A DNA stretch of 64,000 bases. It comes from an uncultured Nitrospiraceae bacterium. GTDB taxonomy: Bacteria; Nitrospirota; Nitrospiria; Nitrospirales; Nitrospiraceae. Location: assembly GCA_963730935.1 (NCBI GenBank), contig CAVSTP010000004.1, positions 384,001 to 448,000 of the forward strand, read 5' to 3'. Below the pieces are notes generated by a model. It searched no databases. It was not told the DNA's origin and saw only the letters and a list, made by a program, of their open reading frames with translations. The translations under genes and the position numbers were made by a program. Shown one piece after another: positions 27,947 through 36,452 of the stretch; the stretch's first letter is position 1, and every line of letters begins with the position of its first letter.

Positions 27947-28325
27947 TTACTGAGCCCTTAGGCAACTACACTCGACGCCGCTCGTCGTGTCGCAGACCGC
28001 ACTGCTCCCGCAGACACTTGAGGAAAACATGTTCTCACAACGGCGTCGCCTCGACAGGTGCAGGAAGATGTTCAGGAAAAATGCATATGCCGCCTTTGGG
28101 CGGGAGCGGAGTGCGTGGTCCCTGATATCGTGGGACTTTCATAAAGCCCGACTTTTGCATAGGCTTGGTCTGCATTGACAGGCCGCGAACCTGCATCGAT
28201 TGGTCAGACGAAGGCGGCGGAGCGGTCGGGTCGTCCGCCCATACCGAGGCAGTCCCGTTAATCAGAAGAGCCATCGTAAATACAGCGAAACCAAATACTC
28301 CAATGTTCATCTCGGAACGTTTCAT
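27947..28325 (-). pseudogene. Secreted Cys-rich protein with probable double frameshift near 28040-28065
   Basis: GGGAGG RBS, signal peptide, MQVRGL tag; alternative frames give CTCRGDA then CENMFSSSVCGSSAVCDTTSGVECSCLRAQ*. Confidence 0.55.
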
Positions 28326-28436
28326 ACATCCCTCCCGTGGGTTTCATAAAAGTTGCTGACTGGTTGTTCCAAGAGATGATATTTCTCCCTATTCTCCGAT
28401 GATGGGTCGGCGACACATTAGCCGGTGTTACTTTCT

Positions 28437-29190
28437 TCAACTCGCTCGCGCAATCAGCTCTTTCAGTCCCTTTAGATCCAGGCGCTCCTGGTTGCAGTTC
28501 GGTTCCGACTATGAATCCCGGTGTGCCGTTGATGCCGAGCTCCTTGGCCAGCGCGCGATTACGATCGATGACCATCTGCCACTCCGAGTTCGCCATGTCG
28601 GCTTCGAGTCGTTTGGTGTCAAGCCCGACCTCGGTCGCGACGCGCAGCACTTCTTCCTTTGTCATCTCGTTCTTGCTGGCGAGCAGCGCTTCATGAAACT
28701 GTTGATGTTTGCCTTGTGCGCGCGACGCCAGAGCGGCTTTCGCGGCAAGTTCGGAGGGCTCGCCGAGAATCGGGAAATCCTTATAGACGACGCGCACTCT
28801 CGAGTCTTCTTTTTGCAGCTGCGTCACGGCTGGTGCTGCTCTCTTGCAGAATCCGCAGCGGTAGTCGAAAAACTCGACGAGAGTGACCTCGCCGTCGGGA
28901 TTCCCGCTTACCGGCGAGCTTGGATCGCGAAGCAGGTCTTGCTGCCGTTTGCCGATGGCCGCCTTCTGCCGCGCCTTTTCCTCCGCCTCCCGCTTAGTCT
29001 CAAGTGCCTGCAGAGATTGCTCGATCACTTCAGGGTGCGAGCGGATGTACTGCTCGATGGCACGTTCCAGTTCCGGTGTGAGCTTCGAGTCAGTCACTGT
29101 CGGTTCGGCCCATACATTGGATGGACTCAGCAGGCATATTGCCGCACAACCTGCAGCTAGTAACCCGCAACCACCTGAGGAAGAGATCAT
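28437..29190 (-). CDS. DsbA-family thiol-disulfide oxidoreductase with a +1 frameshift near the 3' end
   Basis: VEFFDYRCGFCK, YKDFPILG, LGINGTPGF; deleting one base at 28481-28482 gives the natural-looking end PGALDLKGLKELIARAS*. Confidence 0.88.
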
Positions 29191-29227
29191 GTTTGAAGCT
29201 CCTGTTCGTTGGATTGACGCTCTCCGG

Positions 29228-29450
29228 ACGTCTGTCGCCCTGTGTCTTTCAAAGGTTCATGCCAAAAATTGAAGATTCCCGATGCCGTTATGAACCTATT
29301 GGCAGCGCCTCATGACATACAGGATGAGAGGACATTCAGTCCTCCCAGTTCAAAGGAGGCACACCATGTGGATCATCGCCATCGTTTTCCTCCCGCTCAT
29401 CGTCATAGCCCTCACTTCACTTCTGTGCGAGACCTTGGAAAGGGAGTAGG
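29228..29450 (+). repeat. About 220-bp duplicated element, copy 1 (inverted repeat, hairpin, RBS, small hydrophobic ORF)
   Basis: Aligns by eye along its length with 31134..31357. Confidence 0.85.
29366..29449 (+). CDS. 27-aa hydrophobic peptide MWIIAIVFLPLIVIALTSLLCETLERE
   Basis: AAGGAGG RBS; differences from copy 2 are mostly synonymous or conservative. Confidence 0.6.
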   Translation: MWIIAIVFLPLIVIALTSLLCETLERE

Positions 29451-29502
29451 GAGTGCCGACCACTCCTAATTCCCCATCCAATGGGTCGCACCGGGGCTCG
29501 CC

Positions 29503-30467
29503 TCACCGAATCCCTGGCGGAAACACGACACCGATCGATGCTTGCCCCCCCGCAGCTTGACCTAACGGGACAATTTGACCGGCCGGACCGGCCTGACGGA
29601 TTTGCGTGCTCATCTGTTGGATGACGTTTTCGAATTCCAGGCTGAACTCCGTCGTAAACGTTTGGCAGGTAATGATCACGCAGCCGACAAAGCTACCCTT
29701 TTCATGCTTGCAGTCGGGATCATAAGGACAGGCGTCGTCAGCGTTACGGGTCCCATCGCCATCGCAATCTCCGTCCGGCCCTTTATCCTGGCAATTGTCC
29801 CTCGTTGTCTTTTGCTGTTGTTCGTTCTTGTGGTTCTGCCACCAGGCCGCTATCCAGTTCCAGGCATCTTGGAAAAAGCCCCAAACGGTAAACACGTTAG
29901 TCCCGAAAGGCTGTGGGCCGGCCAATCGAGTCCGGAGCACGTACACGAAGCGCATCCAGTCCCACCATGCGCATGACATCTGCTCTCGGTATCTGAATGA
30001 CATCGGCGAACTGATTCGGCGTAAACACCATCGCGACATCCGTTCTGCCCGCTATTACGGAATCGAGAGTTTGAAGACCGCCGGGCGTGTTCCGCAGCGT
30101 ATTTGCGAGAGATGCGCGCACGGGAGCCTGCGAGTACACGACGGATATATCAACGGGGGTGATCCAATACCCGTTGACGAATGCAATCGGTGGGATGGTG
30201 CGTAGTTGGCGGCGAATCTCGCGCGTCGACCGCGCTGCGTACAACCGGCTGGTTCAGGGCGGCACGGTACGCCGACATGACCTGAGGTGATGGTGGGGGA
30301 ACTCGAGAAGTGCCGGAGGGACGACCTGGAAATTGCGGCACCGCCCGCTCTTCGATGCCTCCTTGCTTCGAGGTGTCGTCCGCCTGCACAAATGTGGCTT
30401 CCATATTGAACATCACTAAGCCACAAATGAAGAAGCCTGCCCAACGAACACTGTCGACCGTATTCAT
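29503..30467 (-). pseudogene. Secreted protein with TSP3-like Ca-binding motif, split by two +1 frameshifts
   Basis: GGAGGG RBS, signal peptide, GIEERAV tag; single extra bases near 30220 and 29920 separate three consecutive frames; DCDGDGTRNADDACP motif. Confidence 0.65.
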
Positions 30468-30523
30468 AATCGCCCTCCAGTCATCCGCGTGTCTCCCCCG
30501 TGCATTGCCGTAGCGGCCGCCGC

Positions 30524-31084
30524 TTAGTGCGGACCCAACACCTTTCTGATCTTATTGTTGGCGCTATTGAGTTCTGCACAATTGTTGGGAGGGTTGCAAA
30601 TGATAGTGACTTCGACAATGACTGTCTCTGCCGCGGTAAACTTTGGGTCGACTTTGAATTTCTTCGATTGATCGGGCGCGAGCGGAGCCACAGTTCGCTG
30701 ATCCCTGATCGTGCAATTGTTGTTCGCAATGCACTGGCTTGGATTGGGCGGTGTGCTCAGAGGGTTGTACCGCATACCTAACGTCAGAACCTGTACGGAT
30801 GGCATCGGCACGTTACCCTTGTTTACGATCTTGATCTCCGCCTTGTACTGGGCATGCAAGACATCGAGCCATTCTTGATCGATGGAGGCTGTCACATCCG
30901 GCAGAGGGAAGTGTTGTGGAACAGGCAGGCCTCTTTTCTCAACCTGTCCCTCTTGGCTGTTCGGTTCGGTGTTGGCCGGTTGGTCTTGAGCTAACAGAGA
31001 AGCAGTCGTCCAGCACGGAAATACTGCTAGCGCACACAGTGAGAGTATCAACGATAGCCTGCTCCACCGCGGGGCTAGGTGCAT
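30524..31084 (-). CDS. Secreted CARDB-like Ig domain protein
   Basis: AAGGAG RBS; signal peptide; QVEKRGL tag; LPDV, IVNKGN, PLAPDQS, ELNSANN motifs. Confidence 0.75.
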   Translation of the reverse strand: MHLAPRWSRLSLILSLCALAVFPCWTTASLLAQDQPANTEPNSQEGQVEKRGLPVPQHFPLPDVTASIDQEWLDVLHAQYKAEIKIVNKGNVPMPSVQVLTLGMRYNPLSTPPNPSQCIANNNCTIRDQRTVAPLAPDQSKKFKVDPKFTAAETVIVEVTIICNPPNNCAELNSANNKIRKVLGPH

Positions 31085-31133
31085 GTCGGTCTCTCCTTAT
31101 CCTTAGGAGCTTCGTCAGGTGGAATCTTTTGGT

Positions 31134-31357
31134 ACGTCTGTCGTCCTGTATCCTTCAAAGGTTCATGCCCAAAAATCGAAGGGATCATACACCTGCATGA
31201 ACCTTTGAGTGGCGCCTCGTGACCTACCGACGAGAGGACATTCAGTCCTCCCCGGCTCAAAGGAGGCAGATCATGTGGGTCATCGCCATCGTTTTCGTCC
31301 CGCTCATCCTCATCGCCGTCAGCTCGCTGGTGTGCGAGTCCTGGGAGTGAGAGTAGG
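31134..31357 (+). repeat. About 220-bp duplicated element, copy 2
   Basis: Perfect 14-bp inverted repeat TCAAAGGTTCATGC (31155-31168) / GCATGAACCTTTGA (31195-31208); GAGGAC-ATTCA-GTCCTC hairpin; AAGGAGG. Confidence 0.85.
31273..31350 (+). CDS. 25-aa hydrophobic peptide MWVIAIVFVPLILIAVSSLVCESWE
   Basis: AAGGAGG RBS; paralogue of 29366..29449. Confidence 0.6.
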   Translation: MWVIAIVFVPLILIAVSSLVCESWE

Positions 31358-31358
31358 A

Positions 31359-31988
31359 TTATTTCCCTCCCGTACGCACTCCATCCGCCCAACTCCGTGC
31401 CGCCTTGGCATCCGTGGGAGCCGGTTTCGTGCATTTCTTCCCCCGCACTCCATAGCTGATGGTCTCTGTCTTGATCGGGCAGGTGCCGAAGGGGGTGCCG
31501 AATTGGACGACTCCCTCAATGACGGTCAGAATGCTTTGCCCGTCGTTCTGCACCTTCAAATTGAACTCAGTTTCCTTTACAGATGCGGTTGCCACAGGCG
31601 TTTCCACTTCAAACCGCTTGGGTCCGCCGGCGGTTTTTGCCCACACCTCGCCCTGCGATAGTCGGAGAATCCGTGTCATGGGCTTGCCCTTTTCCCATCG
31701 AGAGATCAGCTTGAACGTGGTGCTTTCGTTCAAGGCGACCTGAATGCCTTCCTGAAACTCGATGAGGGCCTGGCTGCTCTCATCCGTCTTGAGCACGTCG
31801 CCCTCGTACAATGGCACATTGCCCTTTCCTTGAAGACGTTGCTGCACGCCGTCGGTTCGAACGATCGTCAGCGTACCGATCGCATTGGTCGCTGCACCGA
31901 GGGGAGTATTCTGGGCGATGGCAGTGCCGGTTACCGCAACGCAAAAGGTCATCAGAGCTGCGATGATGTTCCATGGATTCGATGTCAT
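31359..31988 (-). CDS. Secreted FecR-domain protein
   Basis: AAGGAG RBS; signal peptide; LYEGDVLKT..SQALIEF, LRLSQGEVW, FEVETPVATASVKETEF, LTVIEGVV. Confidence 0.85.
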   Translation of the reverse strand: MTSNPWNIIAALMTFCVAVTGTAIAQNTPLGAATNAIGTLTIVRTDGVQQRLQGKGNVPLYEGDVLKTDESSQALIEFQEGIQVALNESTTFKLISRWEKGKPMTRILRLSQGEVWAKTAGGPKRFEVETPVATASVKETEFNLKVQNDGQSILTVIEGVVQFGTPFGTCPIKTETISYGVRGKKCTKPAPTDAKAARSWADGVRTGGK

Positions 31989-32028
31989 GTGTTTCTCCTT
32001 CACGTTGATGCCGTTGCAAGCGTCTCGC

Positions 32029-33051
32029 TCATCGCGACACCACCACGCGAATCGGTTTGCGGCCGACCGGAACGGTCGCCAAGGTCTGGCCCGTACCTGT
32101 ATCGATGACCCGTATTTCATTGCCTTTGTCGTGGGCGACGAAGAGCCTGGTCCCCTCAGGATTCGACCAGATGCCGTTCGGCCCGTCACCGACGGAGATC
32201 TCATCCACGACTTTCAGATTTGTCGGATCTCCCGACAGGCCGACGACTTTGTTGAGGCTTCCGACCGTCACATAGGCGATGGGACCTTGGGTGCCTTTAT
32301 AGGCGAAGGCGATCTGTTGAGGCTTGTCACCCACCGTGAAGGCGCCGACTTTTTCATGGTTTTCCGAATCCAGTACATACACATCGTTCTCGCCGGTATT
32401 GACTCCCCACACGAATCCGCTGCGGCTCACGACGAGGAAATGGGGATTGGCGCCGACGGGGATGGTCTTGATCACTTGATGCGAGGCCGTGTCAATGACT
32501 CCCACGGTTTTCTCACCTTGGCTGCTGACGAACGCATAGCGGCCGTCGTGCGAGAAGGTGAGACCGGTCGGTCCCTTGCTCACCGGGATGGTGCCAAGGA
32601 TTCTGAACGTGGTGGTATCGACAATGGAGATGGTGTTGTCGCCGATATTGGCCACCCAGAGCTGGCTGTCGTCATTGCTCAAGGCCACCACGTGGCATCG
32701 CTCGCCGGTATAGATCGACGCGATTGTTTCTCTTTTTGTCGTGTCGATTACGGACACCCGCCCTGAAGCGAGGTTTGTCGCATAAAGGCGTCGACCGTCA
32801 CGGCTGATGGCGAGGTCATGGGTCGAGTGGTTCATAGCTGCGATCGTCCCGACGGGCTCGAAGGTCGTCGCATCGATGACGCTGACGTCATTGCTGCTCT
32901 CGTTCGCCACGTAAATCCGGGACGGTAGAGACGCCGAATCGGACTTCACCGCATAGGAGCCGATTTTTGAAGGTTCGAATGAATCCGCGCAACCCGCAAG
33001 CGTGAGAGCCAATATCGACAGCAGACCAAGATGATGACGTGAGCCAATCAT
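32029..33051 (-). CDS. YVTN/YncE-family beta-propeller lipoprotein
   Basis: LAGC lipobox; about 7 repeats of YVAN..SN.VSVID / IPVG..P. Confidence 0.88.
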   Translation of the reverse strand: MIGSRHHLGLLSILALTLAGCADSFEPSKIGSYAVKSDSASLPSRIYVANESSNDVSVIDATTFEPVGTIAAMNHSTHDLAISRDGRRLYATNLASGRVSVIDTTKRETIASIYTGERCHVVALSNDDSQLWVANIGDNTISIVDTTTFRILGTIPVSKGPTGLTFSHDGRYAFVSSQGEKTVGVIDTASHQVIKTIPVGANPHFLVVSRSGFVWGVNTGENDVYVLDSENHEKVGAFTVGDKPQQIAFAYKGTQGPIAYVTVGSLNKVVGLSGDPTNLKVVDEISVGDGPNGIWSNPEGTRLFVAHDKGNEIRVIDTGTGQTLATVPVGRKPIRVVVSR

Positions 33052-33083
33052 GATGCCTCCATAAATGGAATGGCCGCCTGAGA

Positions 33084-36000
33084 TCAGTGCACTTGGCCGA
33101 GCACCAGTTGGCCCTCGACCTCGCCTTTCTTGACGGGATGTTGATTTTGCCCGGTCACTTCCGGAACTTTTTTTGAGACATACCCGTACACTTCGTCGAC
33201 CGTCACGATTCCATCCTTGTCAGCGTCGGCCTTTCCGCGCAATCCCTCCAGAAGATAATAGGTAAATACGCCGTGGCCGAGCTCCTCCCGCTCCTCGCTT
33301 ACTTCGCTGGCTTTGCTGGCGCTCAGCACGATGCGGCCTTTTCCTTTTGACAGACGGTTGAGAAACGTTTCCGAAACGACAGCCCGCCGTGATGCGGTGG
33401 CAAACGTGCGGCCTGCCGTGGCGCCGCTATAGCACGAGTCGCTGATAAAGATGATGCGCTCAGGTGTGAGTCGCTGAAAAATCGTTTCGATCTCTCTCAT
33501 CGGAAGACCCGTTGTGTAGAGATCACGTGGGTCAGCGTCATATGGCACGATGTATTTTTCCAAGCCGTCGTCGTCGCCGGCCGAGGCATCCGCTTCCGGC
33601 GCCCCGTGGCCGGCGTAGTACACGATCACCGTATCCTTCTCTCCCGCCTTCCGCCTGAGGTCGGTCCCCAGCGTGCGCTTGAGGTTCATCAACGTGGCTT
33701 GCTCGTTCAGCAGCAGCGTGGTCTGTTCCTTCGGAATGCCGATGTACTGCCCGAGGTATTCGTAAAAGGCCAGCGCGTCCTTGTCCGCATAACGGAGTGG
33801 TTGGACTGTCTTGTACTGTGAGATCCCGATGACGACCGCCCAAATTTTGCCCCGATCGACCAGGCGGGTTACGTGCAACGTCCGGCTGGCGGACAGATTG
33901 TCACGATCGATTGCCGTCACGACGATTTGGTTTCTGCCTTCCAGCAGAGCGAGGCGTTCGGAAAATTCGAGATTGGTGGAGACATCGGGCACGCCGGGTT
34001 TAACGGCGACACCACGGTGCTCACGCTGTGTGAGCAGCTGGCCGTTGAGACGGATCTCAACTCGCGCGACGCCTTTCTCGCTGGCGGCCGCCCCGGCAAG
34101 ATTGATGCGATCCATGCCAACTTCCATTCCGTCGGTGGGAGTGGCCAGTGCGATCACGGGCGGCGCGTTTTGATACAGCTTGACGACCGGTGTGCCTGAA
34201 ATGCTCGGAACTGGCATCTCGCCTTTGATTGGCTCCTGCGGCTCTTTCACATCGGCTTTGGCCACCCATCCGATTTCCTTCGGAGAAAGTTGCACCCGGT
34301 ACCAATCGCCTAATTCACCGGTGACGGCGAGGCCTTGGTCTTTAACACCGGACGCGATGACCAATGTTTCCGCGCCGGCGCCGCTGTGAATTTTAATCGA
34401 GGCCGGGCCGATGGCGACCAGTTTATTGGTGGCGATGATCTGCGGAGCAACTCGATGATCGATCTCGATCTTGACCATCTCCTCCAGCGTGGTGTTCGAA
34501 CCGCGTTCCTTGATGAACAGTCGAAGGGGAAGGTGTTCATCCCGGATGTCCCGGCCCACAAAGAGGTTGGCGCTGGCATGCTTAGTCTCGTCAGGCTTCA
34601 GCGTGCCGAATTCTAGCAGGGTCTTATTTAATTTCACGCTGAGATTCGGCGGAAATGTGATTTCGACCGAAGTATGTTGAGCAGGCACCGCTCCGACATT
34701 TTTGACCGTGACTAGCAGATCGACGGCTTCTCCCTTTTGGATGCGCCCGTCCCCGTTGCCGACCGAGATGCCGCTGCCGTCGTCAATGATTTGCAAGGTA
34801 TACGCAAAGCGGGGGCGTGGAAGGCCCTTGAATGCGAGCATGGCTTTGAGATGATCCGGAACGAATCCATTATATTCTTCGAATTCCACACGCACCGGAA
34901 TGGATCCGTCCGGACGGTCGGCGGGAATCCGGACCGTCACCACATCATCAGCGGTCTGTCCACCATCGATCTTTCCCAAATAGAACAGATGTCCGTCGAG
35001 CGACGGATCGTCGCTCTTGATTCTTGCTTGAAATCGATAGAGTGGTCCCTTGCCTCTATTTGTCACTGAAAGCGTGAGGGTCACAGTGCTACCGGCTTTC
35101 ACTTCAGTCGGCTGGATGGCGAGATCGGCTTCAGGCCGCGGCGGTGGAGAAGGCACGGCACCGATTTCGTTGCCGCGCCGCTGAATCTTTTCGGACAGCT
35201 GTGCGCTGAGCGCCGGAGGTGTTGGCGGTTGAATTCTCACAGAACGGTCGCGACCGCCTGAAGCCACAAGCCCGCCATCCGGAGAGACCGCAACCGACCA
35301 GACCGGGCCTTTGTGGCCGCCAAGGGAATGCCGTTCGTTCCCCGTTGCCACGTCCCAAACACGCACCGTGCCATCGGCACCAGCCGAGATAAGGGTACGG
35401 CCGTCCGGGGAAAACGTGATGGCATACACTTCCCCTTTATGACCGGTGAGTGTGAAGCGTTCTTCTCCGCTGGCGAGGTCCCACAGTCGAATGGTGGAGT
35501 CGGCCGAGGCGCTCGCGAGCCACTGGCTGTTGGCGTGAAACGCAATGCCGTGGACGGCGCGCGTATGGCCGGTGAGCGTGTGTTTTTGCCTGCCGGTTGC
35601 CAGATCCCATAGGTGAATCTGCGTGTCGCTGCTGCCGGTCGCCAGCATTTTTCCGTCAGGTGAGAACCGAAGGGCAAACACGATGCCGAATTGCCCGCGC
35701 ACGGATTTCAATTCTTTGCCGGTTGAGGCATCCCACAATCGAAAGCTGCCGTCGTTGCCGCCCGTGGCGAGTGTTTTGCCATCGGATGAAAACGTCACGG
35801 AACGGACTGCACCGAAAGCGGAGGTGACAGCCAACAGCTCCCGCCCGGATGACACATCCCAGACGCGAATCGACGTATCGGCGCTGCCGGAGGCAAGAAG
35901 CGCCCCGTCCGGGGAGAAGGCGACGGCGTGCACCGCCCCCATGTGGTTGCGCAATACGCGGAGATCGCGACCGGTGTCGGATTCCCAGAGTCGAATGGTT

Positions 36001-36197
36001 TGATCGGTGCTGGCGGAGGCGACTACACGGCCGTCCGGGGAGAAGGCGACGGCAAGAACATCGTTGGTGTGACCGGTGAGCAGGCGAGGCGCCTGCTCAA
36101 GCGCCAAGCCCGTTGCAGGGAAAAGGAAAAGTCCCCACGCTGCCAACCAGAGACAAGGACGCGCGCGCATGATGCGGATACGGCCCTTTCCGCTCAT
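33084..36197 (-). CDS. Exported WD40 + Ig-like + SH3-like + caspase-family (C14) peptidase
   Basis: Signal peptide; 7 WD40 repeats (GH..V.AVAFSPDG..WD); WAVVIGIS.Y, YYAGHG, SDSCYSG, HGVFTYYLLEGLRGKAD. Confidence 0.92.
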   Translation of the reverse strand: MSGKGRIRIMRARPCLWLAAWGLFLFPATGLALEQAPRLLTGHTNDVLAVAFSPDGRVVASASTDQTIRLWESDTGRDLRVLRNHMGAVHAVAFSPDGALLASGSADTSIRVWDVSSGRELLAVTSAFGAVRSVTFSSDGKTLATGGNDGSFRLWDASTGKELKSVRGQFGIVFALRFSPDGKMLATGSSDTQIHLWDLATGRQKHTLTGHTRAVHGIAFHANSQWLASASADSTIRLWDLASGEERFTLTGHKGEVYAITFSPDGRTLISAGADGTVRVWDVATGNERHSLGGHKGPVWSVAVSPDGGLVASGGRDRSVRIQPPTPPALSAQLSEKIQRRGNEIGAVPSPPPRPEADLAIQPTEVKAGSTVTLTLSVTNRGKGPLYRFQARIKSDDPSLDGHLFYLGKIDGGQTADDVVTVRIPADRPDGSIPVRVEFEEYNGFVPDHLKAMLAFKGLPRPRFAYTLQIIDDGSGISVGNGDGRIQKGEAVDLLVTVKNVGAVPAQHTSVEITFPPNLSVKLNKTLLEFGTLKPDETKHASANLFVGRDIRDEHLPLRLFIKERGSNTTLEEMVKIEIDHRVAPQIIATNKLVAIGPASIKIHSGAGAETLVIASGVKDQGLAVTGELGDWYRVQLSPKEIGWVAKADVKEPQEPIKGEMPVPSISGTPVVKLYQNAPPVIALATPTDGMEVGMDRINLAGAAASEKGVARVEIRLNGQLLTQREHRGVAVKPGVPDVSTNLEFSERLALLEGRNQIVVTAIDRDNLSASRTLHVTRLVDRGKIWAVVIGISQYKTVQPLRYADKDALAFYEYLGQYIGIPKEQTTLLLNEQATLMNLKRTLGTDLRRKAGEKDTVIVYYAGHGAPEADASAGDDDGLEKYIVPYDADPRDLYTTGLPMREIETIFQRLTPERIIFISDSCYSGATAGRTFATASRRAVVSETFLNRLSKGKGRIVLSASKASEVSEEREELGHGVFTYYLLEGLRGKADADKDGIVTVDEVYGYVSKKVPEVTGQNQHPVKKGEVEGQLVLGQVH

Positions 36198-36452
36198 CGT
36201 GTTCTCCTCGGCCTACGAGGAGAACACCAGCCAACGTCTATGTATCAATCAACGAATGCAAATCCTTTAAGCATTGTCAAATTGCTACTTCTCGTATTTC
36301 CGGTCGAAAGTTGCCCGCGCTGCCCAGCCACGCGTGTGTCGAGCAACTATTACGTAAGGTTCAACCGCTGGGAGCGCAAGTCTATTGATGGGGGTATGAA
36401 GAAGTCAACGAAGCGGCTGGTTCACCATACAAAAGAGGGGGATAAAAACCAT

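Noticed and set aside
28258..28480. Extended C-terminus of the DsbA protein
   Set aside because: Product of a +1 frameshift; the alternative frame gives the expected terminal helix
29247..29265. Sigma54 promoter in the duplicated element (minus strand TGGCATGAACCTTTGA)
   Set aside because: Spacing is one base off and the -12 GC is absent; better explained as one arm of an inverted repeat
12943..31357. CRISPR array or integron attC cassette array as explanation for the repeats
   Set aside because: Repeats are irregularly spaced, lie inside coding tails, lack constant spacer length and attC R'/R'' boxes; no cas or intI gene is seen
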